A DNA stretch of 64,000 nucleotides from Eledone cirrhosa. Taxonomy: Eukaryota. Both the position numbers and the translations under genes were made by a program. The first letter of the stretch is position 1, and every line of letters begins with the position of its first letter. The notes below the pieces were generated by a model. The model was not told the DNA's origin and ran no database searches. It saw nothing but the letters and a program-made list of their open reading frames with translations. Where the stretch lies: positions 14,198,001 to 14,262,000 of the forward strand of contig OZ024755.1 of the NCBI GenBank assembly GCA_964016885.1, written 5' to 3'. Positions 40,899 through 53,203 of the stretch are shown here, piece after piece.

Positions 40899-41475
40899 AA
40901 ATATGGTTTTATAAATATAGTTTCCATTTGTTAATATCGCATTTTTACTCCAATTATTTGTTGAGTGCTTTATATCAGTTATAAAAATATTTGCTTGTTG
41001 TATCCCAACAATTTAAATAGAACTTTTACATATATATAATATATAAATATATATATATATAATATATATATATATAATATATTTAAATATATAATATATA
41101 TATAATATATATATACAATATATATATAATATATATATACAATATATATATATTATATATACAATATATATATAATATATATATACAATATATATATATT
41201 ATATATACAATATATATATATTATATATACAATATATATATATATTATATATATAATATATATATACAATATATATATAATATATATATACAATATATAT
41301 ATATTATATATACAATATATATATATATTATATATACAATATATATATATATATTATATATACAATATATATATATTATATATATATAACATATATATAT
41401 ATTATATATATATAATATATATATAATATATATATAATATATATATATTATATAATATATATAATATATATATAT

Positions 41476-41566
<91 letters not shown>

Positions 41567-41761
41567 TCTGAAGACAACATAGATATGTGTAGGTATGTAT
41601 ATTCCCTCTGATAGTTTGTAAAATTTTACATAGATCTATATGATATACATACCAACACACATATATATCCTAGAAACGATCATAAAATGATGAATTTGTT
41701 AATATAAGGAACTGTTTCTTTGTTTTTATTCATTGTTTTTATTAATTTATATATATATATA

Positions 41762-42825
41762 CATCCTGATCACCGTTTTGTGAACACGCTCACCAACAAG
41801 ACCTGGCAACTCTGTGAACACAACCAACAGTTCACCTTGAAATGGGATATACTTTCCAGCGCAAGTGCATATCGGAGTGGATTGAAGTAATGTAGGTTAT
41901 GTAACCTTGAACTCTTTTACATCTTAAAATCCAAAAATAAATTACTAAATGATAGAATCGAACGATCATTATAGTGCAACCACAAACTCAAAGCTAAATT
42001 CTTTCACTATAAAATAACTTAACATTCGAACCCGTAACTATAACATTACTTTCTAGCTAACCATTTTCTCTTCCCCCACACTACAAGACAATACTCTGCT
42101 TATCACTATAAATGGAAACTTAATGCAATTCGTAGATTACTACTATGAACCCAATGTTCACCCACCCCATAGCTTTCGTCTGTCCCCTCTCTATCTCTCC
42201 CTCTCTATCCATTCCACTCTCTCTCTCGCCCTAGGCCTACCTCCCTCTCTCTCCACATCTATGAACCTGCCCTCTGGGGCAATAAATAATTCCAACCTTG
42301 ACTATCAACACATCGCTTAAGGTGGTCGCTTTAAGAGTAACCAGTATAATAAAACCCCTACCACAACATTTTGATTAAGATATCTACAAACCACTCTCTC
42401 CCATTTCTCCAATCCCTACATATCTTTCTCTCTCTCTTCCTCTCCCCTTCTTTTCTCTCTTCCTTTTCTACTCTATCTTCCCCAATAACCTCACTTAAGG
42501 GTATTTACATTGTACATTTTAACCATTCTGCTCTGATGATACAGTGGTCACAGCATTTGATAATTGAGTTTTGCAAATAGTTATAAATTTGCACATAGCA
42601 TAACTAGGCTGTATAACCACCGTGGAAACATTTGTAAGCACACAGAATAAATTGCCTTTTTATGATGTCTACCTGTTATTATTCATTCTTTATCTACACT
42701 CCGGAATACAGAAGGATCAGGAACTAAGTTTCTTCAACAATTCTTCCATAACTCGTTGAGTAACCTCTCACCGTACGTCAACTCTATCCAGTGTAGTAAT
42801 TAACCATTACTGCATCTAGGATAAT

Positions 42826-42828
<3 letters not shown>
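41762..42828 (+). mobile_element. Penelope-like retroelement 3' fragment (degenerate GIY-YIG endonuclease C-terminus, 3' region and hammerhead)
   Basis: Frame 41783-42022 reads NTLTNKTWQLCEHNQQFTLKWDILSSASAYRSGLK*CRLCNLELFYILKSKNKLLNDRIERSL*CNHK. This fits the PLE endonuclease tail pattern (W.L...W.I...A..Y....C.LC..E...I......LN.R.E....C.H) with two stops. A hammerhead follows, and (TA)n flanks both sides. Confidence 0.75.
42525..42648 (+). ncRNA. Type I hammerhead motif with a long stem II, in the 3' region of a Penelope-like element
   Basis: Stem I ATTCTG/CAGAAT plus TGCT/AGCA. CTGATGA at 42533-42539. Stem II TACAGTGGT...ACCACCGTG with an extended insert. GAAAC-ATTT-GTA, predicted cut after 42636. 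The closing pair is U-G rather than the usual G-C. Confidence 0.72.
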
Positions 42829-42861
<33 letters not shown>

Positions 42862-42863
<2 letters not shown>

Positions 42864-43260
42864 GATGAAATATATGGAGAATAGAAATGGGTGTGTAGTT
42901 CCTATTTAAGGTAACTTAAAATGCAGTGGGAATACGAAGAAAGCAAGAACAGGGGGAGGGGAGTTTTCCTCATCAGTTGTCTATTGGGGAACTCGGATAT
43001 TTCTACGCTTTAAAGACAATATACCTCGCCCCAGGGCGTCAATAACTGGATAAGTTATTGGGAAAACGGAAGGAGGGTTACTGTTTTCTCTTTGCTTTCC
43101 TTCCCTCCTTCTTTCGTTTTCCCAATAACTTATCCAGTTATTGACGCCCTGGGGCGAGGTATATTGTCTTTAAAGCATAGAAATATCCGAGACCCCCAGT
43201 AGACAACTGATGAGGAAAACTATCCCCCCCCCCCCTTCTTGCTTTCTTCGTATTCCCACT
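42862..43260. mobile_element. Foldback element C (arms ~145 bp)
   Basis: Inverted repeat 42925-43068 / ~43114-43260 with several mismatches, a one-sided tail and (TA)n flanks. Confidence 0.65.
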
Positions 43261-43399
43261 ATATATATAATATATATATAATGTATATAAAATATATATA
43301 TATATATCTAAGGCGGGTAAAATTCCCGAGATCCATGGACGAGTTCTCTCGAGCGGTCTCTGTCCCTCATTTGTCCTAAGCCACCTAGACTATTGCTCA

Positions 43400-43880
43400 A
43401 ACTAACCACAGTCCTTGAAGCAATCCTACAAAGCTCCACCAAGAGGATTGCGACGATGGAGGAGATAAGCTACTAGTAGAGGCTAAAATAACTGAACTTC
43501 TCCTCCATGGAATGAAGACACAGTGATATACATATGGAAAATCCTGGAGGGACTACGCACCAAACTTTGGCATTGGGAGCTAGACCACTGTGTGGTGCCA
43601 AATATGCCATCTTCAACATCTAGAATAAGGAGCAGATATTGCAATAGCCTGGGGTTCAAAGGCCCTCATCTTGTCAACAAGCTGCCAAGGAATTTGAGAG
43701 ATCTGCATGGATGTTTTCAAGAAACATCTCGACACCCTGCTATCCAGGATCCCGGATGAGCCCATAGCACGGTACGAAGGTAACTTATGGGCTGCAGCAA
43801 TGGCCAGCCAACACAGGTTGGAGATAGAATGTGTAGCAACTAACATGGCCTCAGCCGGATGGCTGGTACAGGTCAAAGAG
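43400..43880 (+). mobile_element. CR1/L2-group LINE 3' fragment
   Basis: IYIWKILEG, NSLGFKGPHLVNKLPRNLRDL and FKKHLDTLLSRIPDEP across frames. Confidence 0.72.
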
Positions 43881-43951
43881 TAAAAGAGTATATATAATAT
43901 ATATATATAACATATTATATATATATATGTATATATAATATATATATATAT

Positions 43952-43986
<35 letters not shown>

Positions 43987-44091
43987 ATATATATATATAA
44001 TATATATATATAATATATATATATATATATAATATATAATATATATATATATATATATAATATATATACATATATAATATATATATATAAT

Positions 44092-44134
<43 letters not shown>

Positions 44135-44174
44135 TATATAATATATATATATAATATATATATATATATATAAT

Positions 44175-44326
<152 letters not shown>

Positions 44327-44356
44327 ATATATATATATATATATATATATAATATA

Positions 44357-44398
<42 letters not shown>

Positions 44399-44483
44399 TA
44401 TATAATATATATATATATATAAAATATATATATATATATATAATATATATATATATAATATATATATATAATATAATATATAT

Positions 44484-44881
44484 AGGCGCATGGCTTAGTG
44501 GTTAGAGCAATCGAAAGGTTGTGAGTTCAATTCTCGGACCGGGTGATATGTTGTTTCCTTGAGCAAGACACTTTATTTCACATTGCTCCAGTTTACTCAG
44601 CTGTAGAAATGAGATGATAGAGACTGAGGTCCCTATCATCCCACTGCAAAGTGGTCGTGGAGGTGCCATGGCAAAAAAGCACCCAGCCCACACTGTAAAG
44701 TGGATGTGTAGGCGCCACGAAAAAAAAAGCATCCAGCACTCAGTGTAAATGAGGTTGGTGTTAGTAAGGGCATCCAGGTGTAGAAATCAAGCCAGAATCA
44801 GTTCCCGTATGAGTAAGTCAAGGTCAGCCGACCGGACTGCCCACAACAGGACAACCCGTCTAACCCATGCTAGCGTGGTGA

Positions 44882-44885
<4 letters not shown>
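44484..44885 (+). mobile_element. tRNA-derived SINE, family 1
   Basis: Colinear with 15467-15812. Confidence 0.85.
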
Positions 44886-44931
<46 letters not shown>

Positions 44932-45002
44932 AATACATAATATATATATGTAAGTATGCATACGTACAGGCATATATGTACACACACACATATATATATA
45001 TA

Positions 45003-45242
45003 CATTTGTCACCGGCACGACACAGCTTTAATTGGGTCGTTTATTTACAAACGAATCGAATATTATTCATGTTCGATACAACCTATACGTACATATGTAT
45101 ATATACATATGTATATATATATACGTACGTATATATATATATATATATATACGTACGTATAGGTTGTATCGAACATTAATAATATTCGATTCGTTTGTAA
45201 ATAAACGACCCAATTAAAGCTGTGTCGTGCCGGTGACAAATG
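45003..45242. mobile_element. Palindromic MITE-like element (~90-bp TIRs around a TA-rich spacer)
   Basis: CATTTGTCACCGGCACGACAC... at 45003 and its reverse complement ending at 45242, with one visible mismatch. TA on both sides. Confidence 0.7.
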
Positions 45243-46941
45243 TATATATTTATGTATGTATGTATATATAAATTATTGTCTTATTTACAAAAATATTTTT
45301 TCTAATATCGTGTTTAATACTTCATATTGTGTCGTCTGGTTTCCCTCCATTTAATCAACTAACTACCTTTCATTTACTTACTGTCTCTCTCACTATCTTT
45401 CTTTCTTTCCCCTCTCAAACAGCCATTTCCTTCTCTCTCTTCTCACACAGCCTTATCCCCGTTTTCTCTCTATTTCACATCCTTCTCCCTCTCTCATCTT
45501 ACTTCTTATTCACTTAAAATCTCTCTCTATCTGTCTGTCTGTTTCTTTCTATGCAGCTCTTCTGTATTTCCCTGCTTTTCTCTCCCTCTCTGTCTTTACA
45601 TCTGACCCCTCCTACCACAACATTATCTCCTTTCTCCCTCTCACCAACCAAACATAAACACTGTCACCTCTTCTCTCTCCTGGAATAAAATTGCGGGTGT
45701 GCAAATTCAGATGAATTTTACAGTCCAGGGGGAAGTAATTCTGTAAGCAGACCCCCTCCTGCCACCATACTATCTTCTTTCTGTCTCTCTCACCAAACAC
45801 TCTCACCTCACCTCCGAAATAAATATGTAAACAAACGGAAAGACACCAAGTCCCTACGTGGGCGCTCTACCAGGTAAAAATATCTCGAACAAAATAAATA
45901 AATTAATAAAAGCCGACAATAAAACATCAATGTATTCGCCATAATTACATTCACAACTTTATAATAAAATTTTGATAACGAAAATAAAGTAAATGTAAAC
46001 TGAAAAGTTAAACATCGTGATGTTCCGGTAAAAGTATTCGTGTTGTGTTGGCAGACGATGTGTGTGTGTATATATATATATATAAATATACCTGTAAACA
46101 TATGTATATAAATTATTGTCAAATTTACATAAATATATATTTTTAATATCGTGTTTAACACTTCATTTTGTGTCGTCTGGTTTCCCTTCGTTTAATCACT
46201 ACATAACGCTCAACTCACTCCCCTTCATTTGCTTACTGTCTTACTCTTTCTTTCGTCTTTTCACATATAACACAGCCTCTCCTTTTGCCAGTCCGTCTCT
46301 TTCTCTTTATTCTTCGTCTCTTTCTCTCTGTCGCTGTTTCCCTCCTATAATCACTTTTTCTCTTTCTTTTTGTTTCCCCCTCTCTTACTCTGCACTTTCT
46401 ACTTCCCTCTCCTTCTCTCTCTCTGCTTTTCTCTCCGTTTCACACCCTCTCTTTCTCTTAATTTACATCTGACCTCCTCCTACTATCACTTTTCTCACCA
46501 ACCAAATATAAACACTGTTACCTCACCTCTTCTCTTCTCCGTTCTCTCTCCTGGAATAAAATTGCGGGTGTGCAAATTCAGATGAATTTTAAAGTCAAGG
46601 GGGAAGTAATTCTGTAAGCAGACCCCCTCCTGCCACTATACTATCTTCTTTCTGTCTCTCTCACCAAACACTCTCACCTCACCTCCGAAGTAAATATGTA
46701 AACAAACGGAAAGACACCAAGTCCCTATGTGGGCGCTCTACCAGGTAAAGATATCTCGAACAACATAAATTAATTAATAAAAGCCGACAATAAAACATCA
46801 ATGTATTCGGCATAATTACATTCACACCTTTATAATAAAATTTTGATAACGAAAATAAAGTAAATGTAAACTGAAAAGTTAAACATCGTGATGTTCCGGT
46901 AAAAGTATTCGTGTTGTGTTGGCAGACGATGTGTGTGTGCG

Positions 46942-46973
<32 letters not shown>

Positions 46974-48491
46974 TACCTGTAAACATATGTATATAAATTA
47001 TTGTCAAATTTACATAAATATATATTTTTAATATCGTGTTTAATACTACATTTTGTGTCGTCTGGTTTCCCTTCGTTTAATCACTACATAACTCTCAACT
47101 GACTCCCCTTCATTTGTTACTGTCTCACTCTTTCTTTCGTCTTTTCACCTCTAACACAGCCTCTCCTTTTGCCAGTCCCTCTCTTTCTCTTTATTCTTCG
47201 TCTCTTTCTCTCTGTCGCTGTTTCCCTCCTATAATCACTTTTTCTCTTTCTTTTTGTTTCCCCCACTCACTTACTGTGCACTTTCTACTTCCCTCTCCTT
47301 CTCTCTCTCTGCGGCTCCTTTGTATTTCTCTGCTTTTCTCTCCGTTTCACACCCTCTCTTTCTCTGTCTTTACATGTGACCTCCTCCTACCACCACAATA
47401 TCTCCTTTCTCACCTTTTCACCAACCAAACATTAAACACTGTTACCTCACCACTTCTCTTCTCCGTTCTCTCTCCTGGCATAAAATTGCGGGTGTGCAAA
47501 TTCAGATGAATTTTAAAGTCAAGGGGGAAGTAATTCTGTAAGCAGACCCCCTCCTGCCACCATACTATCTTCTTTCTGTTTCTCTCACCAAACACTCCCA
47601 CCTCACCTCCAAAGTAAATATGTAAACAAACGGAAAGACACCAAGTCCTTATGTGGGCGCTCTACCAGGTAAAAATATCTCGAACAAAATAAATTAATTA
47701 ATAAAAGCCGACAATAAAACATCAATGTATTCGCCATAATTACATTCACACCTTTATAATAAAATTTTGATAACGAAAATAAAGTAAATGTAAACTGAAA
47801 AATTAAACATCGTGATGTTCCGGTAAAAGTATTCATGTTGTGTTGGCAGACGATGTGTGTGTGTATATATATATATATATAAATATACCTGTAAACATAT
47901 GTATATATTTATTTATGTATGTATGTATATAAATTATTGTCAAATTTGCATAAATATATATTTTTAATATCGTGTTTAAAACTTCATTTTGTGTCGTCTG
48001 GTTTCCCTCCATTTAATCACGACATAACTCTCAACTGACTCCCCTTCTCTTATTTACTGTCTTCCCTCTCTCTATCTCTCTTTCTCACCCCTTCTCTTCC
48101 TGGTTCTCTCTCCTGGCATAAAATTGCGGGTGTGCAAATTCAGATGAATTTTAAAGTCAAGGGGGAAGTAATTCTGTAAGCAGACCCCCTCCTGCCACTA
48201 TACTATCTTCTTTCTGTCTCTCTCACTAAACACTCTCACCTCACCTCCGAAGTAAATATGTAAACAAACGGAAAGACACCAAGTCCCTATGTGGGCGCTC
48301 TACCAGGTAAAGATATCTCGAACAACATAAATTAATTAATAAAAGCCGACAATAAAACATCAATGTATTCGGCATAATTACATTCACACCTTTATAATAA
48401 AATTTTGATAACGAAAATAAAGTAAATGTAAACTCAAAAGTTAAACATCGTGATGTTCCGGTAAAAGTATTCGTGTTGTGCTGGCAGACGA

Positions 48492-48527
<36 letters not shown>

Positions 48528-50047
48528 AATATACCTGTAAACATATGTATATAAATTATTGTCAAATTTACATAAATATATATTTTTAATATCGTGTTTA
48601 ATACTACATTTTGTGTCGTCTGGTTTCCCTTCGTTTAATCACTACATAACTCTCAACTGACTCCCCTTCATTTGTTACTGTCTCACTCTTTCTTTCGTCT
48701 TTTCACCTCTAACACAGCCTCTCCTTTTGCCAGTCCCTCTCTTTCTCTTTATTCTTCGTCTCTTTCTCTCTGTCGCTGTTTCCCTCCTATAATCACTTTT
48801 TCTCTTTCTTTTTGTTTCCCCCACTCACTTACTGTGCACTTTCTACTTCCCTCTCCTTCTCTCTCTCTGCGGCTCCTTTGTATTTCTCTGCTTTTCTCTC
48901 CGTTTCACACCCTCTCTTTCTCTGTCTTTACATGTGACCTCCTCCTACCACCACAATATCTCCTTTCTCACCTTTTCACCAACCAAACATTAAACACTGT
49001 TACCTCACCTCTTCTCTTCTCCGTTCTCTCTCCTGGCATAAAATTGCGGGTGTGCAAATTCAGATGAATTTTAAAGTCAAGGGGGAAGTAATTCTGTAAG
49101 CAGACCCCCTCCTGCCACCATACTATCTTCTTTCTGTTTCTCTCACCAAACACTCTCACCTCACCTCCGAAGTAAATATGTAAACAAACGGAAAGACACC
49201 AAGTCCTTATGTGGGCGCTCTACCAGGTAAAAATATCTCGAACAAAATAAATTAATTAATAAAAGCCGACAATAAAACATCAATGTATTCGCCATAATTA
49301 CATTCACACCTTTATAATAAAATGTTGATAACGAAAATAAAGTAAATGTAAACTGAAAAGTTAAACATCGTGATGTTCCGGTAAAAGTATTCGTGTTGTG
49401 TTGGCAGACGATGTGTGTGTGTGTATATATATATATAAATATACCTGTAAACATATGTATATATTTATTTATGTATGTATGTATATAAATTATTGTCAAA
49501 TTTGCATAAATATATATTTTTAATATCGTGTTTAATACTTCATTTTGTGTCGTCTGGTTTCCCTCCATTTAATCACGACATAACTCTCAACTGACTCCCC
49601 TTCTCTTATTTACTGTCTTCCCTCTCTCTATCTCTCTTTCTCACCCCTTCTCTTCCTGGTTCTCTCTCCTGGCATAAAATTGCGGGTGTGCAAATTCAGA
49701 TGAATTTTAAAGTCAAGGGGGAAGTAATTCTGTAAGCAGACCCCCTCCTGCCACCATACTATCTTCTTTCTGTTTCTCTCACCAAACACTCTCACCTCAC
49801 CTCCGAAGTAAATATGTAAACAAACGGAAAGACACCAAGTCCTTATGTGGGCGCTCTACCAGGTAAAAATATCTCGAACAAAATAAATTAATTAATAAAA
49901 GCCGACAATAAAACATCAATGTATTCGCCATAATTACATTCACACCTTTATAATAAAATTTTGATAACGAAAATAAAGTAAATGTAAACTGAAAAGTTAA
50001 ACATCGTGATGTTCCGGTAAAAGTATTCGTGTTGTGTTGGCAGACGA

Positions 50048-50085
<38 letters not shown>

Positions 50086-51606
50086 AATATACCTGTAAAC
50101 ATATGTATATAAATTATTGTCAAATTTACATAAATATATATTTTTAATATCGTGTTTAATACTACATTTTGTGTCGTCTGGTTTCCCTTCGTTTAATCAC
50201 TACATAACTCTCAACTCACTCCCCTTCATTTGTTACTGTCTCACTCTTTCTTTCGTCTTTTCACCTCTAACACAGCCTCTCCTTTTGCCAGTCCCTCTCT
50301 TTCTCTTTATTCTTCGTCTCTTTCTCTCTGTCGCTGTTTCCCTCCTATAATCACTTTTTCTCTTTCTTTTTGTTTCCCCCACTCACTTACTGTGCACTTT
50401 CTACTTCCCTCTCCTTCTCTCTCTCTGCGGCTCCTTTGTATTTCTCTGCTTTTCTCTCCGTTTCACACCCTCTCTTTCTCTGTCTTTACATGTGACCTCC
50501 TCCTACCACCACAATATCTCCTTTCTCACCTTTTCACCAACCAAACATTAAACACTGTTACCTCACCTCTTCTCTTCTCCGTTCTCTTCTCCTGGCATAA
50601 AATTGCGGGTGTGCAAATTCAGATGAATTTTAAAGTCAAGGGGGAAGTAATTCTGTAAGCAGACCCCCTCCTGCCACCATACTATCTTCTTTCTGTTTCT
50701 CTCACCAAACACTCTCACCTCACCTCCGAAGTAAATATGTAAACAAACGGAAAGACACCAAGTCCTTATGTGGGCGCTCTACCAGGTAAAAATATCTCGA
50801 ACAAAATAAATTAATTAATAAAAGCCGACAATAAAACATCAATGTATTCGCCATAATTACATTCACACCTTTATAATAAAATGTTGATAACGAAAATAAA
50901 GTAAATGTAAACTGAAAAGTTAAACATCGTGATGTTCCGGTAAAAGTATTCGTGTTGTGTTGGCAGACGATGTGTGTGTGTGTATATATATATATAAATA
51001 TACCTGTAAACATATGTATATATTTATTTATGTATGTATGTATATAAATTATTGTCAAATTTGCATAAATATATATTTTTAATATCGTGTTTAATACTTC
51101 ATTTTGTGTCGTCTGGTTTCCCTCCATTTAATCACGACATAACTCTCAACTGACTACCCTTCTCTTATTTACTGTCTTCCCTCTCTCTATCTCTCTTTCT
51201 CACCCCTTCTCTTCCTGGTTCTCTCTCCTGGCATAAAATTGCGGGTGTGCAAATTCAGATGAATTTTAAAGTCAAGGGGGAAGTAATTCTGTAAGCAGAC
51301 CCCCTCCTGCCACCATACTATCTTCTTTCTGTTTCTCTCACCAAACACTCTCACCTCACCTCCGAAGTAAATATGTAAACAAACGGAAAGACACCAAGTC
51401 CTTATGTGGGCGCTCTACCAGGTAAAAATATCTCGAACAAAATAAATTAATTAATAAAAGCCGACAATAAAACATCAATGTATTCGCCATAATTACATTC
51501 ACACCTTTATAATAAAATGTTGATAACGAAAATAAAGTAAATGTAAACTGAAAAGTTAAACATCGTGATGTTCCGGTAAAAGTATTCGTGTTGTGTTGGC
51601 AGACGA

Positions 51607-51644
<38 letters not shown>

Positions 51645-53165
51645 AATATACCTGTAAACATATGTATATAAATTATTGTCAAATTTACATAAATATATAT
51701 TTTTAATATCGTGTTTAATACTACATTTTGTGTCGTCTGGTTTCCCTTCGTTTAATCACTACATAACTCTCAACTCACTCCCCTTCATTTGTTACTGTCT
51801 CACTCTTTCTTTCGTCTTTTCACCTCTAACACAGCCTCTCCTTTTGCCAGTCCCTCTCTTTCTCTTTATTCTTCGTCTCTTTCTCTCTGTCGCTGTTTCC
51901 CTCCTATAATCACTTTTTCTCTTTCTTTTTGTTTCCCCCACTCACTTACTGTGCACTTTCTACTTCCCTCTCCTTCTCTCTCTCTGCGGCTCCTTTGTAT
52001 TTCTCTGCTTTTCTCTCCGTTTCACACCCTCTCTTTCTCTGTCTTTACATGTGACCTCCTCCTACCACCACAATATCTCCTTTCTCACCTTTTCACCAAC
52101 CAAACATTAAACACTGTTACCTCACCTCTTCTCTTCTCCGTTCTCTTCTCCTGGCATAAAATTGCGGGTGTGCAAATTCAGATGAATTTTAAAGTCAAGG
52201 GGGAAGTAATTCTGTAAGCAGACCCCCTCCTGCCACCATACTATCTTCTTTCTGTTTCTCTCACCAAACACTCTCACCTCACCTCCGAAGTAAATATGTA
52301 AACAAACGGAAAGACACCAAGTCCTTATGTGGGCGCTCTACCAGGTAAAAATATCTCGAACAAAATAAATTAATTAATAAAAGCCGACAATAAAACATCA
52401 ATGTATTCGCCATAATTACATTCACACCTTTATAATAAAATGTTGATAACGAAAATAAAGTAAATGTAAACTGAAAAGTTAAACATCGTGATGTTCCGGT
52501 AAAAGTATTCGTGTTGTGTTGGCAGACGATGTGTGTGTGTGTATATATATATATAAATATACCTGTAAACATATGTATATATTTATTTATGTATGTATGT
52601 ATATAAATTATTGTCAAATTTGCATAAATATATATTTTTAATATCGTGTTTAATACTTCATTTTGTGTCGTCTGGTTTCCCTCCATTTAATCACGACATA
52701 ACTCTCAACTGACTCCCCTTCTCTTATTTACTGTCTTCCCTCTCTCTATCTCTCTTTCTCACCCCTTCTCTTCCTGGTTCTCTCTCCTGGCATAAAATTG
52801 CGGGTGTGCAAATTCAGATGAATTTTAAAGTCAAGGGGGAAGTAATTCTGTAAGCAGACCCCCTCCTGCCACCATACTATCTTCTTTCTGTTTCTCTCAC
52901 CAAACACTCTCACCTCACCTCCGAAGTAAATATGTAAACAAACGGAAAGACACCAAGTCCTTATGTGGGCGCTCTACCAGGTAAAAATATCTCGAACAAA
53001 ATAAATTAATTAATAAAAGCCGACAATAAAACATCAATGTATTCGCCATAATTACATTCACACCTTTATAATAAAATTTTGATAACGAAAATAAAGTAAA
53101 TGTAAACTGAAAAGTTAAACATCGTGATGTTCCGGTAAAAGTATTCGTGTTGTGTTGGCAGACGA

Positions 53166-53203
<38 letters not shown>

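Larger units (their letters stand above)
40647..41030. mobile_element. Hammerhead-bearing foldback element B (arms ~107 bp, ~79-nt spacer, one-sided tail)
   Basis: Inverted repeat 40647-40753 / 40833-40939 embedded in (TA)n. Confidence 0.75.
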
